64,000 nt of DNA from Candidatus Enterousia sp. (GCA_045648945.1 JAZROX010000045.1:26362-90361), one strand, 5' to 3'. Positions 18,197 through 28,812 are shown, counted from the first letter of the stretch. Notes: generated by a model not told the origin, from the sequence alone. Program-made: numbers and translations.

Positions 18197-20428
18197 TTAT
18201 TTTCCAAATTTCCCACTGCGTGGGAATCCGACCGGAATGGTGCGGCCCTGGGTCGCGCGTTTACCCACCCATGGTTTCCAATCGTCCAATTTTGTTGTGC
18301 CACGGCCCGTCGTCCATCCAAAACCATCCGCCGCATCAAAGAACATCACATCCAAAACGTATGTCCGTTCGGCATTATACTTTTGCAGAATTACGCCCTT
18401 GCCACGAATCATTTCTGGGATTTCAGATGTGGCGAATATTAGCAATTTATCGTTTGAACCGGACATTGCGATTGTGTCCCCGGCAACCATCACACAGAAT
18501 GCCGCCGGATTTTTGTCATCGACATTCATTACCTGTTTCCCGGTGCGTGTTTGTGCAACGCAATTTTCGCCCGCAACGATAAACCCGTTTCCATGTCGTG
18601 ATACCACCAAATATTTTGCAGATGTATCCAACACGAACGCGCGCACTATATTTTCTTCGGCCCCAATGTCCGCCATCATACGCACAGATTCGCCAAATCC
18701 ACGTGCCGATGGCAAATCGTTTGCGGCCAATGTGAACATGCGCCCCGATGAACCGAACAGATTTATTTTATCGGTGGACATCGCATGGAACGCGCACTGT
18801 AATTCATCGCCTTCTTTGAATTTCAAATCCAAAGAATTCAAATCCAAATGTCCCTTGGCCGCGCGAATCCAACCCATGGTCGATAAAATTATCGTAAGTG
18901 GTTCTTTTTCAATAAATTCATCGGCATTCACGGTTACCTCTTCGGTCAATGCCGCCCATGTTGTGCGCCGCCGCCCCAAAGCAGTTTTTTTATCATATTG
19001 TTTTTTAATATCGGCAAACCATGCCTTGATCTGCGCATTTTGGATGTCCGTATCGCCCAACAACGCGATAAGTTGTTCCCGTTCCGTGCGCAGCTCTTTG
19101 TCTTCGCGCCGAATTTCCATTTCTTCCAATTTTCGCAATGCACGCAGACGGGTGTTCAAAATAGATTCAACCTGAATTTCGGTCAGACTGAATTCCGCCA
19201 TCAATACCGCCTTGGGGTCGTCTTCGGTTCGGATAATTTCAATCACACGGTCCAGGTTCAAATACACAACCAATAAACCGCCCAATATTTCCAAACGCCG
19301 GTCAATGTTGCCCAGGCGCCATTTTGAACGCCGCAACAGCACGTTCTTTTGATGCGCGATAAATTCCAACAAAACATCGCGAATGCCCATAACCCGCGGC
19401 GCGCCATTGGAATCGATAACATTAAAGTTCATATTGAATTTATATTCCGCATCCGTCATTGCGAACAAATGCGCCATCATTTTATCCGCCGGAATATTGC
19501 GCGACTTTGGCGTTATAACAATACGAACATCGGTGGTGGATTCATCGACAATATCGTCAATCAGTGGCAATTTTTTCGCGTCAATCATTTCGCCAATTTG
19601 TTCCACCAATTTGGATTTAATAATACCGTATGGAATCTCGGTAATTACAACCTGGTACCCGCCGCGTTCCAATTCTTCGATTTCATACCGTGCACGAATG
19701 CGGAATGCGCCTTTGCCCGTTTCATAGTTTTTTACAATTGTGTCAAAATCGTCAATCAATACACCACCTGTTGGAAAATCGGGGCCAATCATTTTACGCA
19801 TAATCTGGGCGGTTGTAGAATCAGGTTTGTCCACCATTAACGTCAATGCATCACAAACCTCGGCCACGTTGTGTGTCGGAATGTTTGTTGCCATACCAAC
19901 CGCGATACCCATTCCGCCATTTGCCAACAGGTTCGGAAACGCCCCCGGCATAACCACCGGTTCGGTTGTAGTGCCATCAAAGTTCGGCATCATATCAACA
20001 CTGTCTTCGTCAATGCCGTCCATAATCAGCATTGCCGCCTCGGTCATTTTTGATTCGGTATAACGATATGCCGCCTGGGGGTCGCCATCAATATTTCCAA
20101 AGTTACCCTGGCCATCAATCAATGGATAACGCACGGAAAAATCCTGGGCCAATCGGACCATGGCATCATAAACGGACGAATCGCCGTGCGGGTGATAATG
20201 CCCCAACACGTCACCGACAACCGTTGCACATTTGCGGAATGCCGCCGCCGGCGATAATTTTTGCCGCAACATAGAATATAAAATACGCCGGTGCACGGGT
20301 TTCAGACCATCACGCACATCGGGCAGGGCGCGCGACACAATCGTACTTACCGCATAGGACAAATACCGCGTGGAAAGCGCGTCTGATAATTGTTGTGAAT
20401 CAATTCTTTCTTGTATTTCTTTTACCAT
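18197..20428 (-). CDS. parC: DNA topoisomerase IV subunit A
   Basis: Type IIA topoisomerase A-subunit motifs ([12 protein letters not shown], catalytic Tyr region AAMRYTE-like). 743 aa without a GyrA-box-rich long C-terminus. Confidence 0.75.
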   Translation of the reverse strand: MVKEIQERIDSQQLSDALSTRYLSYAVSTIVSRALPDVRDGLKPVHRRILYSMLRQKLSPAAAFRKCATVVGDVLGHYHPHGDSSVYDAMVRLAQDFSVRYPLIDGQGNFGNIDGDPQAAYRYTESKMTEAAMLIMDGIDEDSVDMMPNFDGTTTEPVVMPGAFPNLLANGGMGIAVGMATNIPTHNVAEVCDALTLMVDKPDSTTAQIMRKMIGPDFPTGGVLIDDFDTIVKNYETGKGAFRIRARYEIEELERGGYQVVITEIPYGIIKSKLVEQIGEMIDAKKLPLIDDIVDESTTDVRIVITPKSRNIPADKMMAHLFAMTDAEYKFNMNFNVIDSNGAPRVMGIRDVLLEFIAHQKNVLLRRSKWRLGNIDRRLEILGGLLVVYLNLDRVIEIIRTEDDPKAVLMAEFSLTEIQVESILNTRLRALRKLEEMEIRREDKELRTEREQLIALLGDTDIQNAQIKAWFADIKKQYDKKTALGRRRTTWAALTEEVTVNADEFIEKEPLTIILSTMGWIRAAKGHLDLNSLDLKFKEGDELQCAFHAMSTDKINLFGSSGRMFTLAANDLPSARGFGESVRMMADIGAEENIVRAFVLDTSAKYLVVSRHGNGFIVAGENCVAQTRTGKQVMNVDDKNPAAFCVMVAGDTIAMSGSNDKLLIFATSEIPEMIRGKGVILQKYNAERTYVLDVMFFDAADGFGWTTGRGTTKLDDWKPWVGKRATQGRTIPVGFPRSGKFGK

Positions 20429-20474
20429 AGCAACATAAAATTAGAACATTTGAAAAAAAATAACAACCAAAAAA

Positions 20475-20583
20475 TAGTGGCTAGTGGCCAGTGTTAGTGG
20501 TTAGTGGATATCTGGAATTATTTTGTAATAACGGAGAAATTCCAGAAATTACTAACCACTATCCACTAACACTAACCACTAAT
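20475..20583. repeat. Long imperfect inverted repeat built from TAGTGG/CCACTA hexamer arrays (5+5 copies) around a central tctggaatt...aattccaga
   Basis: Left arm tagtggctagtggccagtgttagtggttagtgg. Right arm ccactatccactaacactaaccact. Lies between parC and the small-protein operon. Confidence 0.6.
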
Positions 20584-20850
20584 CTTGTTTTTTATTTCAC
20601 GTATGCGGGCCAAAATTTCCCGCAAATCGGCGTCAGTGATGGATGGAGCAGGGCGGCTGCGCACTTCGTCGGCCAAGACAATACAAAGCGTGGCCAACAA
20701 TGAATTTTCTGGTAATGGCCCAATTTTATCAAGGATTTGGCGCGCGCGGGCATCCACCATTTTACCCAATTCAACCAGGCGGCCTTCTTGGCCATCTTCA
20801 CACCCCATTGGGTAGTTTTTGTTTACAATAGGTATCGATACGACGCTCAT
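20572..20850 (-). CDS. Small conserved protein, possibly ZapA-like cell-division protein
   Basis: 92 aa. The LLATLCIVLADEV segment resembles the ZapA IAALNIAxEL helix. 4-bp overlap with the upstream coiled-coil ORF. Confidence 0.3.
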   Translation of the reverse strand: MSVVSIPIVNKNYPMGCEDGQEGRLVELGKMVDARARQILDKIGPLPENSLLATLCIVLADEVRSRPAPSITDADLREILARIREIKNKISG

Positions 20851-21056
20851 GTTAACTTCTTTAATAATGTCACCGATTGATCAATCAATTCGACCGCATG
20901 GGCGTTTTTTGCGCGCAGGTTACGAACCTGTTCGGTTAAAATTGCGACTTCAAGGTCGGTTTGTTTGCCGGCGTTTACGGCCGTTGCCCGCAGACGGGCC
21001 GCCGCCTCGTCCAATTTGGTCAATTCTTGAAAAATCTGGTCCTTGATATCCGACAT
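20847..21056 (-). CDS. Small coiled-coil protein (ZapB/ZauP-like candidate)
   Basis: 69 aa with heptad-like Leu/Ala spacing and an ATGA overlap with the downstream ORF. Confidence 0.3.
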   Translation of the reverse strand: MSDIKDQIFQELTKLDEAAARLRATAVNAGKQTDLEVAILTEQVRNLRAKNAHAVELIDQSVTLLKKLT

Positions 21057-21140
21057 ATCGCTATTTTAAGATATTTTTTATATGCGTTCAACCCTAAAAT
21101 GTGATATAATCGTCCTGGAAAAGTTTTTTAGGAAAGCAAA

Positions 21141-22010
21141 ATGAAAAAGAAAATTGTGTATATATCGGGCGCAGATGTGTTTGATGTGAACGATGTCCGT
21201 GCCGCTTTTGACGAGGTTAGAAATGCCCTGAATCTGGATTCAGATACGATATTGTTTGGTGTCCCCGTGGACGAGGCCGAATCTGTGCAGAGTGCAGATG
21301 CGTCCGCGGCGGCGGCCCAAGTGGACGCTGTGGTGCCCCCGGTTGTTGATACCGAATCGGAAAATCCCGGGCCAGATAAAGAAGAAACAGTTATCGATGA
21401 ACCGGTATCCCCGGTCAAAGATTCCGAGACCGAAACCGGGACACCGGTTGTTCCAATTCTGTCCATATTGGCGTCCAATGAAGATGACGAAATCGAATCG
21501 GAACCCGAAACGGCGACCGTTGAACCGGAACCGGTTGTGGAAATCGAGGAATCTGTCCAGGTTGAATTGAACGAGTCGGACGATTCCGAACCGGATGAAT
21601 CCGAACCTGATATTGCGGACATGATAAATGACGATCTGCCATCAGAACCCGGCGAAAAAACATTGGAAGAGTTATTAGAAACGATGACCCCACTGCGCGA
21701 AGATGCGGCTGCACCCGTCAAGAAAAAGGCAACCAAGAAGTCAGAACCAGAACCCGTTGCAGAACAAATTGATGAAATAGATGCGACACTTGAAAATTTG
21801 GCCAGTGAATTTGCCGAAAGTCAAGACAAAGTTGCCGATTCTAAAAAAAGTTCTGAACGTGGAAAAATTGGCAAACTGAAAAATATATTGCCATTCAAAA
21901 AGGTCAAACGTGATGATTCGGGATTGATGGGCGATTTGTTTGGTTGGGCCGGTATCGCCGCAAACGATGATGATTTTACGATACCCGGTTTTTTTAAACA
22001 AAAGATGTAA
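21141..22010 (+). CDS. Highly acidic, Pro/Glu-rich hypothetical protein
   Basis: 289 aa with long D/E/P/S low-complexity segments (EPEPV repeats), a globular N-terminus and a basic C-terminal patch. The antisense ORF 21128-21736 is rejected. Confidence 0.5.
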   Translation: MKKKIVYISGADVFDVNDVRAAFDEVRNALNLDSDTILFGVPVDEAESVQSADASAAAAQVDAVVPPVVDTESENPGPDKEETVIDEPVSPVKDSETETGTPVVPILSILASNEDDEIESEPETATVEPEPVVEIEESVQVELNESDDSEPDESEPDIADMINDDLPSEPGEKTLEELLETMTPLREDAAAPVKKKATKKSEPEPVAEQIDEIDATLENLASEFAESQDKVADSKKSSERGKIGKLKNILPFKKVKRDDSGLMGDLFGWAGIAANDDDFTIPGFFKQKM

Positions 22011-22013
22011 GGC

Positions 22014-22460
22014 GTGAACAGTATAACACAAATTCAAAAAATGCTTGAAAGATCCGGTTTGCGGGTCAATGGCATTGACGATGGTTTTGTGTATTTAGAA
22101 GACCCGTCTTGTATTTTGCGTGGATTTGAAACGTTTCTGGGGTACGCGTGGGATATTTTATTATTGATAACCGCATTTTTAATCATGGGTTGGGGCATAT
22201 CAATGATACGTGGCGCAAAAAACGATATCATAAACAATATGAAAAATTTGATTTTAATATTTAGTATTTTAACCGCATTGCCACTTATATTGAACGTTAT
22301 TTATGGCGGTGATTTAATTGGTGCGGGTTGCAAAACATTGAAAGTATCCGTTTCCGAAGTCAACGAAATCTTGGCGACCAAGGTTCAAACAAAATCTTTG
22401 GATGCATCGCTTTACGAAGATATTGATATATATGATTCCGGTCCAAATTCAGGTATTTGA
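22014..22460 (+). CDS. Hypothetical membrane protein
   Basis: 148 aa with two hydrophobic helices. GTG start directly after the previous stop. Confidence 0.4.
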   Translation: MNSITQIQKMLERSGLRVNGIDDGFVYLEDPSCILRGFETFLGYAWDILLLITAFLIMGWGISMIRGAKNDIINNMKNLILIFSILTALPLILNVIYGGDLIGAGCKTLKVSVSEVNEILATKVQTKSLDASLYEDIDIYDSGPNSGI

Positions 22461-23159
22461 ATTATACACAATATTGGCGCACCCCGGAATCCCTGAAAGA
22501 CTGTACAGCATATCGCCCGATACAACATAATGATCAATCAGTTTTATACCAACCGCGTCCAGCATTGCTCGTAATTGTTTTGTGACCTCTATATCCTGCG
22601 TTGAAAAAGATGTCTCACGGCGTGGATGATTATGCATCAACACGATACCTTTGGCATCAATCGAGATAGCGTGTTTTACAATTTCTACATTATATAAAGA
22701 CGATTCGTTATATGTTCCTTTGCTGTGCATTTCGTCTTCCAATAACCGACCAATTTCGTCCAGGTATAATACATGAACCTCTTCGACATCTTTGTGACCA
22801 ATCTTTAATTTGCAATAATTCGCCAATTGTTCCCGGTTGTGTAATATCGGCGTGTCACGGAATTTGCATTCGTATCCATCAAGCAAGATTTTTTGAACAA
22901 CCTTGATAAAAATTGCAGTGTTGCGTCCCATGCCACGAACCGTGCACAAATCATCAATTGATGCGCATAGTATCGGATACATGCCGCCAAATTTATTATA
23001 CAGCATTCGTGCCAAAGGTCGAACATCACGACGTGGAATCGCATAACTTAGCAATAATTCCAGCGTTTCATATTTTGCCAATTTATCATCAATGAAATTT
23101 TGACGTAACCTTTCACGATGACCGTTGCGCAAATAAGAATCTTCTGTTTTGTCCGACAT
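22449..23159 (-). CDS. radC: RadC-like JAB/MPN domain protein
   Basis: JAMM-type motif HNHPRRETSFSTQD and an N-terminal helix-hairpin-helix region. 236 aa. Confidence 0.8.
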   Translation of the reverse strand: MSDKTEDSYLRNGHRERLRQNFIDDKLAKYETLELLLSYAIPRRDVRPLARMLYNKFGGMYPILCASIDDLCTVRGMGRNTAIFIKVVQKILLDGYECKFRDTPILHNREQLANYCKLKIGHKDVEEVHVLYLDEIGRLLEDEMHSKGTYNESSLYNVEIVKHAISIDAKGIVLMHNHPRRETSFSTQDIEVTKQLRAMLDAVGIKLIDHYVVSGDMLYSLSGIPGCANIVYNSNT

Positions 23160-23160
23160 A

Positions 23161-23928
23161 TTATTCTTGAATCATTTTTTCTGTGAATATTGTGACGCCG
23201 TCTTCGGTAATTCCCAACGTGTGTTCCCATTGTGCAGAAAGCCCCCCGTCAACCGTGCGTGCGGTCCAACCATCTGCATCAATCTTGCAATCGGGTTTGC
23301 CGGTGTTAATCATGGGTTCGATTGTGAACACCAAACCCGGAACCATTTTGACCCGATCCCACATTTTATCATAGAAATGAAAGATTTGTGGGTCGTCGTG
23401 CATAACCTTGCCGATACCGTGGCCAACAAAGTCGCGCGATATTGAAAAACCATGCGGTTTAACGACCACCTCAATAGTTTTGCCGATTTCGGATAATGGT
23501 ACGCCCGGTGCACATACCGCAATTGCCGCATTCAATGCGTCTTGGCATGTTTGAACCAATTCCCGTGCGCGGGGCGACACATTTCCAATCATAAACATAC
23601 GCGAAGAATCGCCATGAAAACCCTTATATTCTGCGGTTAAATCTACATTTACAATATCCCCATCCTTTAATATAACATCATCACTTGGTATACCATGCAC
23701 AATTACGTCATTTACAGATGTGCAAATACTTTTCGGATATCCCATATATCCCAAATCCGAAGATCGTGCACCGTTTGATTTAAGAAAATCCGCAACCATA
23801 CGATCAATTTCGCCGGTTGATATGCCCGCCTTGATATACGGTGTGATATAATCAAAACAACGCGCAACCAAATCGCCAACCACACGCAGACGTTTAAAAT
23901 CTTTGGGTGCATATACCGATGCCAACAT
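23161..23928 (-). CDS. map: Methionine aminopeptidase type I
   Basis: Pita-bread fold metal ligands (D..D..H..E..E pattern) and VNDVIVHGIP. 255 aa. Confidence 0.85.
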   Translation of the reverse strand: MLASVYAPKDFKRLRVVGDLVARCFDYITPYIKAGISTGEIDRMVADFLKSNGARSSDLGYMGYPKSICTSVNDVIVHGIPSDDVILKDGDIVNVDLTAEYKGFHGDSSRMFMIGNVSPRARELVQTCQDALNAAIAVCAPGVPLSEIGKTIEVVVKPHGFSISRDFVGHGIGKVMHDDPQIFHFYDKMWDRVKMVPGLVFTIEPMINTGKPDCKIDADGWTARTVDGGLSAQWEHTLGITEDGVTIFTEKMIQE

Positions 23929-23929
23929 T

Positions 23930-24919
23930 TTAATTCCTCCGTTTAATAGACATTTTATATGTTTTTAATACCAATTTTAATGCGAAATCGCGCAACAAAA
24001 TCTCCGCCGGCATACCGGTGGTCCGAATTTGTGCCTCTAATTCATTAAGCCGAACCAAAACCGCGGAAATGTCGGGTCCGGTCCATATCTTCATTGCCGC
24101 GTTAAATTTGTCGGTAACCTTCCAAAACAGACGTGGTAATTGCCCATCAATCACCGCGGTCAGCAGTGTTTTAAAGTGTCGGTCCAACATGCGTACCAAC
24201 ATGTTCGGTTCGGCGTTATCATACAACAACCGGTCCAGTGCCAACATCGTTTGTTGAATATGTCCGGCCGTCAAAGAATATAAAAAATCATCGGTGTTCG
24301 CCGCACCCGTATCCGGCAGACATTTTTCCACATCTTCAAAATCGACCGTTTTTTTGTCATCAACATACAATGCGATTTTGTTCAAAAAACCACGCGTAAT
24401 TCCGCGGTCGCCCCCAAGGTGGTTAAGCATATATGACATGGCGTCCGGTGAAATCTGTTTAATCCCGGCATTTGTGAACAATTCGTTCCGTATCAGGTTT
24501 TCCAATGTTTTTGCATCATCGGTATAGCACGCAATTGCCGCAATGTTTGGCCCAGATTCGAACAAAGTTCGCAATCCACCACCCGCCCGCAGGTCACCCG
24601 CGGTGATAATCACCATCGCGTCCAATCCCGGATGTTCGACCAAATCTTTGATAACCTTGGCATCTGAATCGCCGGCGTTTGAAATAATAACCATTTTGCG
24701 GCCGCCAAACATAGATGGGGTGCATGCCTCGGCAAAAAGTGCGTCTTGTTTGTCGCGCAAATCGCCAGAATCCAACGCAAATATATTGTCTTTATCAATT
24801 GCCAAAATATCGATTGATTTATCGCACAACTCATCGACCAAACCCGCATCGGGCCCGTATATTAAAACGGCACGCACGGACAATATACCTTTGGCAAAAT
24901 CAGATTCTTTCCATTTCAT
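23930..24919 (-). CDS. holA: DNA polymerase III delta subunit
   Basis: 329 aa with a LIYGPD N-terminus. Follows lptE as in the conserved leuS-lptE-holA arrangement. Confidence 0.7.
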   Translation of the reverse strand: MKWKESDFAKGILSVRAVLIYGPDAGLVDELCDKSIDILAIDKDNIFALDSGDLRDKQDALFAEACTPSMFGGRKMVIISNAGDSDAKVIKDLVEHPGLDAMVIITAGDLRAGGGLRTLFESGPNIAAIACYTDDAKTLENLIRNELFTNAGIKQISPDAMSYMLNHLGGDRGITRGFLNKIALYVDDKKTVDFEDVEKCLPDTGAANTDDFLYSLTAGHIQQTMLALDRLLYDNAEPNMLVRMLDRHFKTLLTAVIDGQLPRLFWKVTDKFNAAMKIWTGPDISAVLVRLNELEAQIRTTGMPAEILLRDFALKLVLKTYKMSIKRRN

Positions 24920-25386
24920 TTATTGTCTGTTCCGTTTTCATGTTCATATGTTTGTGCGATGACGCGTGCGCTAATTTTATCCGCCAAAACCGTAATAGTG
25001 TTTGATACGGCGTTATTATACGATGCATTCGCCGCAACCAAATATCGCACAAAGGTATACGATTCAGACGCGGTTTCATTGCCGGTGGCAATTACATCGC
25101 CATTGTGTTTTAATACGTATCGTGCGGTCAAACGAATTTCCTGCCACGTGGCGGCGCCGGTTGGTTCCAACGCCTTGTACTGTGTAACCGGATTATTTAA
25201 TGTCACGTACAGGCTGTATGGCGCATTTTCACCATGTGGCCCACCAAACTTTGTATTTAACGCATTACGTAATTCGATACCGTTAATGCCGCGTATCGCC
25301 GGAACATATATGTCCGTGGCATCCCCAGAAAACATCGGCCTAAACCCGCATCCACATAAAAAAACAAACAAAAGAATCTTTTTCAT
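24916..25386 (-). CDS. lptE: LPS-assembly lipoprotein LptE
   Basis: Lipobox LFVFLCGCGF, ~156 aa, immediately upstream of and overlapping holA. Confidence 0.65.
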   Translation of the reverse strand: MKKILLFVFLCGCGFRPMFSGDATDIYVPAIRGINGIELRNALNTKFGGPHGENAPYSLYVTLNNPVTQYKALEPTGAATWQEIRLTARYVLKHNGDVIATGNETASESYTFVRYLVAANASYNNAVSNTITVLADKISARVIAQTYEHENGTDNK

Positions 25387-25468
25387 ATCGCATACCCATT
25401 AAAATAAAAATTTTCTTGAAATTTATTCATATAATACTTAGAGTTTTATTAAATCGCAAGGGGGAAAG

Positions 25469-26710
25469 ATGAATATTTTTTTGGTATTATTGATATCGGT
25501 TTTTATGGCGGGTTACTATATGTTTTTTGGCCCATCCGCCCGTGTCCCGGAACAAGAAACAGATTACGCGATTTCTGTGGCCGACCTGCGATCGGTTGCC
25601 GAATGCGCAATTGCCGCACATAATGCAAAAATTGCGGGTGGGTCATTCGAAGATGTTTGTGTTACACAAAATAAAATCAAAAGTGAATTTATATGTTTGG
25701 ATTCGCGATTTGCAACAACCACATGTGATGCGGGTGGAATCAAACGTCCGAAATACAGTTTTATTATAACAACGACATCGGCGCTGCATTCATCGGATTA
25801 TAACGATATGATGGAAATATTGGAACAAAACTTTTCAACCAGTGGCACACTTGGTATATATCAAGATGGTGTCGTTATCGCCGGTGGAACAACGTCTAAA
25901 CGCACGGTGCCCGAAGCGATTCAGAAAAGTCTGAATTTGGAAAACGGCCAATTGGTTTACATGACGCACTATGATAGTCCGGATCCACAACGTGTCTTTT
26001 CGGGGGGCACATCCGATAATATTACATGCCCGGCCGGAACAACCAAGACATATCGATTTGGCCGATGGCAATGTATTGGATATAATTTAAAGACCAGTTG
26101 CGGCGGCGATACGGTTTGGGATTCTACATTGATGGAATGCGTCCCGGACGAAAGTCGTAAACCATTGTGTTCCGGTGAACAAACCGCCGTCATGGTCGAT
26201 AATGTTTGGGAATGTATAAATCCATTTGGTGAACGCACGTGCCCGAACAGTATGTTGGCCCGATTGAATTATGAAACATTGGAATGGGAATGCGTCGAAG
26301 ACCCAAACAAAATGAAGGCTGCGTCCAAATGTGTCATGGCAAATTCGCGTGTAATTCGCGGGCGCAGTGGTGCAACTTTGCGTTTAATTGCGTCATCATG
26401 CACGGATTGTGAAAAAATGGTTATAAACGAATCAACATGCGAAACGGTCTGTGTTCCCGATGTGGCAAAATTGTCGTTGCCGGGGTGCTATCCGGGGCGT
26501 GCGATGGAATGCACCGGGGCGTCACGCGCGTTCTATTTTGGTTTTCCAAATCGTTCATATGTATCCAACATTGCGGGTTTAAGTCCGTCAGAAGTCCCGT
26601 TTGATTCCGCGCATTCCCAGAATCGTAAATTTAATTGTTTGGATTGCGGAACGGGCACAATAGATAAATCGAAATCGATTTACCCTTATATCGCGGTGTG
26701 CAAAGATTAG
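25469..26710 (+). CDS. Cys-rich secreted/membrane-anchored hypothetical protein
   Basis: N-terminal hydrophobic helix and >20 Cys in repeated CxxG and CxD contexts. 413 aa. No enzymatic motif. Confidence 0.45.
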   Translation: MNIFLVLLISVFMAGYYMFFGPSARVPEQETDYAISVADLRSVAECAIAAHNAKIAGGSFEDVCVTQNKIKSEFICLDSRFATTTCDAGGIKRPKYSFIITTTSALHSSDYNDMMEILEQNFSTSGTLGIYQDGVVIAGGTTSKRTVPEAIQKSLNLENGQLVYMTHYDSPDPQRVFSGGTSDNITCPAGTTKTYRFGRWQCIGYNLKTSCGGDTVWDSTLMECVPDESRKPLCSGEQTAVMVDNVWECINPFGERTCPNSMLARLNYETLEWECVEDPNKMKAASKCVMANSRVIRGRSGATLRLIASSCTDCEKMVINESTCETVCVPDVAKLSLPGCYPGRAMECTGASRAFYFGFPNRSYVSNIAGLSPSEVPFDSAHSQNRKFNCLDCGTGTIDKSKSIYPYIAVCKD

Positions 26711-26717
26711 ATAACCT

Positions 26718-28313
26718 TTATTTTGCCACTTCGAATGCACCGGCATCCAACATTTCACGAACTGCGTAATGCTTAATCTTTTTTGCGGACGTTTGTGGCA
26801 ATTCGTTTTCCGTTATGGCGAAATGATTAACCCATTTATACGGCGCGATTTTAAGGTTAGACGCCTTTAACAATGTTGCCACGCGTGCCATTGATGTGCC
26901 CGGCGCAACCTGAAACACTGCAAATGGAACGATTTTGCCGTTGATGGTATACTCAAATACGGCCGCCGCCAATATTTCATCATTTTGCAGGTATAAATCT
27001 TCCAATTCATCGGGATATACATTTTTACCACTGTCCAAAACGATAACTTGTTTTTTTCGTCCCTTGACGGCCAATCGTCCCCGCGAATCAAAGACACCAA
27101 TATCGCCCGTTTTGTACCAACCGTCTTCAAACGAATCCCGGTTTGCCGCATCGTTATCAATATATGCCGGCATAACCATTGCGCCACGAACCCAAATTTC
27201 GCCAATCCCGTTTTTATCAGGATTATGAATTTTAATTTCGTTTCCATCCAATGGCCCCGCATAGTGCATAGAACCATCCGGCAATTTAAACGCAAAATTA
27301 AAGTTCGCCGGACCCGTTGTTTCGGTTAATCCATAGCAATCACCAACAACAAACCCCATGCTTTCATAGAATCGGCGAATCGATGGTTTAAGTGTTGCAC
27401 CCGCCGAAACCAAAACGCGCGTGTTACCACCAAATATATCGTGGACCGGCTTTGTCACCCGACGAACCAATGCGCCCAATCCAATCGCATTTAAAACATG
27501 ACGCATCGACACAACGATTCGCATCAGCGTATAAACATGTTTTTCCCGCGCCGATTGAATAATCTTTTTATAGAACGTTTCCCATATGCGCGGAACGGCC
27601 GGTATCACTTCGGGTCTATATTCTTGGAAATCACGCAAGAATTCCCGCGGATTTAATATCGGTTGCAACAGCAATCGCCCATCCAATACCAACGGGGCAA
27701 TTATATTTATCACAACACCATATATATGATACAGCGGCAAAAATCCATAGAAGATAAAATTCGGATCTATGACCGCACGATAAAATTGTGCCCCATTGCC
27801 CAATGCCAATAAGTTTCTATGCGTAATTCCGACAATCTTTGGATTACCGGTTGAACCCGATGTAAACGACATCATCGCCAAATCATCGCGTCCACATTTT
27901 GCGGCAACAAAATCTTTTTCATCTGTATCATCAATTGATTCGATATCAAACATTTTTGGCCCATTCGGAATAAAATAAGATTTCTGCGCCAATGCCAATT
28001 TACAATTGGTGCGTTTCATCATATTTATGTGTTCGCTTTGTGCCAACCCGGTATCCAACATCAATACGCGTGCGCCTTGGGATAAAATCGCAAAATAAGA
28101 TTTTATAAATTCCGGTGTGTTTCCGGACAGAATCGCAACGGTATCCCCAGCCTTGATTTTAAACTTTTTTACCAATACCACCGCGCGCCGTTTTACCGCA
28201 CGTAATAAATCAGAATATGTTTCGTTTTGGCGAACAAAGAAAACGCGTTTCTTGTTTTCGTTGCATGCGCGAACCAACATTTCATATACATTTTGTAAAT
28301 CTTGTATTTTCAT
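26718..28313 (-). CDS. AMP-dependent synthetase/ligase (long-chain acyl-CoA synthetase-like)
   Basis: AMP-binding signature SFTSGSTGNPKIVGITHRNL. 531 aa. Confidence 0.8.
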   Translation of the reverse strand: MKIQDLQNVYEMLVRACNENKKRVFFVRQNETYSDLLRAVKRRAVVLVKKFKIKAGDTVAILSGNTPEFIKSYFAILSQGARVLMLDTGLAQSEHINMMKRTNCKLALAQKSYFIPNGPKMFDIESIDDTDEKDFVAAKCGRDDLAMMSFTSGSTGNPKIVGITHRNLLALGNGAQFYRAVIDPNFIFYGFLPLYHIYGVVINIIAPLVLDGRLLLQPILNPREFLRDFQEYRPEVIPAVPRIWETFYKKIIQSAREKHVYTLMRIVVSMRHVLNAIGLGALVRRVTKPVHDIFGGNTRVLVSAGATLKPSIRRFYESMGFVVGDCYGLTETTGPANFNFAFKLPDGSMHYAGPLDGNEIKIHNPDKNGIGEIWVRGAMVMPAYIDNDAANRDSFEDGWYKTGDIGVFDSRGRLAVKGRKKQVIVLDSGKNVYPDELEDLYLQNDEILAAAVFEYTINGKIVPFAVFQVAPGTSMARVATLLKASNLKIAPYKWVNHFAITENELPQTSAKKIKHYAVREMLDAGAFEVAK

Positions 28314-28442
28314 ATAATCCCCCGGGGTTTATGAATACCCCATTATACCCCAGAGCCATAAGGAAAAACAACCTAAAATTGATTTATATCCTATATCTTG
28401 ACCCGATTCACAAAAATCCCGGTTTTTCGGCGTTTTTTGAGT

Positions 28443-28469
28443 AACCCGATTCTGTGACAGAATCGGGTT
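28443..28469. promoter_or_regulatory. 27-bp perfect palindrome AACCCGATTCTGT-G-ACAGAATCGGGTT upstream of the acyl-CoA ligase gene
   Basis: 13-bp perfect arms. Located ~130 bp upstream of the ligase start on the minus strand. Confidence 0.5.
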
Positions 28470-28736
28470 GTCGCCGCAACGCACCGTATTTACGCGAAAA
28501 ATCATAAATGGTCAATATATAGATGTAGATTTATAATTTTTTATCTATATATTGTATTTTTCGTTTTTTGCGAATCGGTTTTCATCAAATTTTTTCAAAA
28601 TTATTGACACAAAACGTGTTTTGGTGCCCGATTCGGGATGTGACGGGCGTCCTGAACACCGCGGATAACCGGCATTTTTAAAAGTCCAGTAAAAAAATAA
28701 AAAAAATTTCATTTTCTTGGTTGTGAAAAAACTATA

Positions 28737-28786
28737 AAAACTATATATTGTTACGGAAATGGTAAAACGAACACAATATCTTGTGT
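28737..28786. promoter_or_regulatory. Tandem NrdR boxes upstream of nrdD
   Basis: acacaatatcttgtgt (28771-28786) fits the acaCwAtATaTwGtgt consensus. A weaker box aactatatattgtta lies ~33 bp upstream. Confidence 0.6.
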
Positions 28787-28812
28787 TTTTTTGACAAAAA
28801 TTGGAGTTTGAT

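Noticed and set aside
18237-19175. 312-aa ORF on the plus strand (and several others at 18220-20274)
   Set aside because: Lies antisense to the well-supported parC gene. Low-complexity Ser/Pro/Arg-rich translation with no start context. Shadow ORF.
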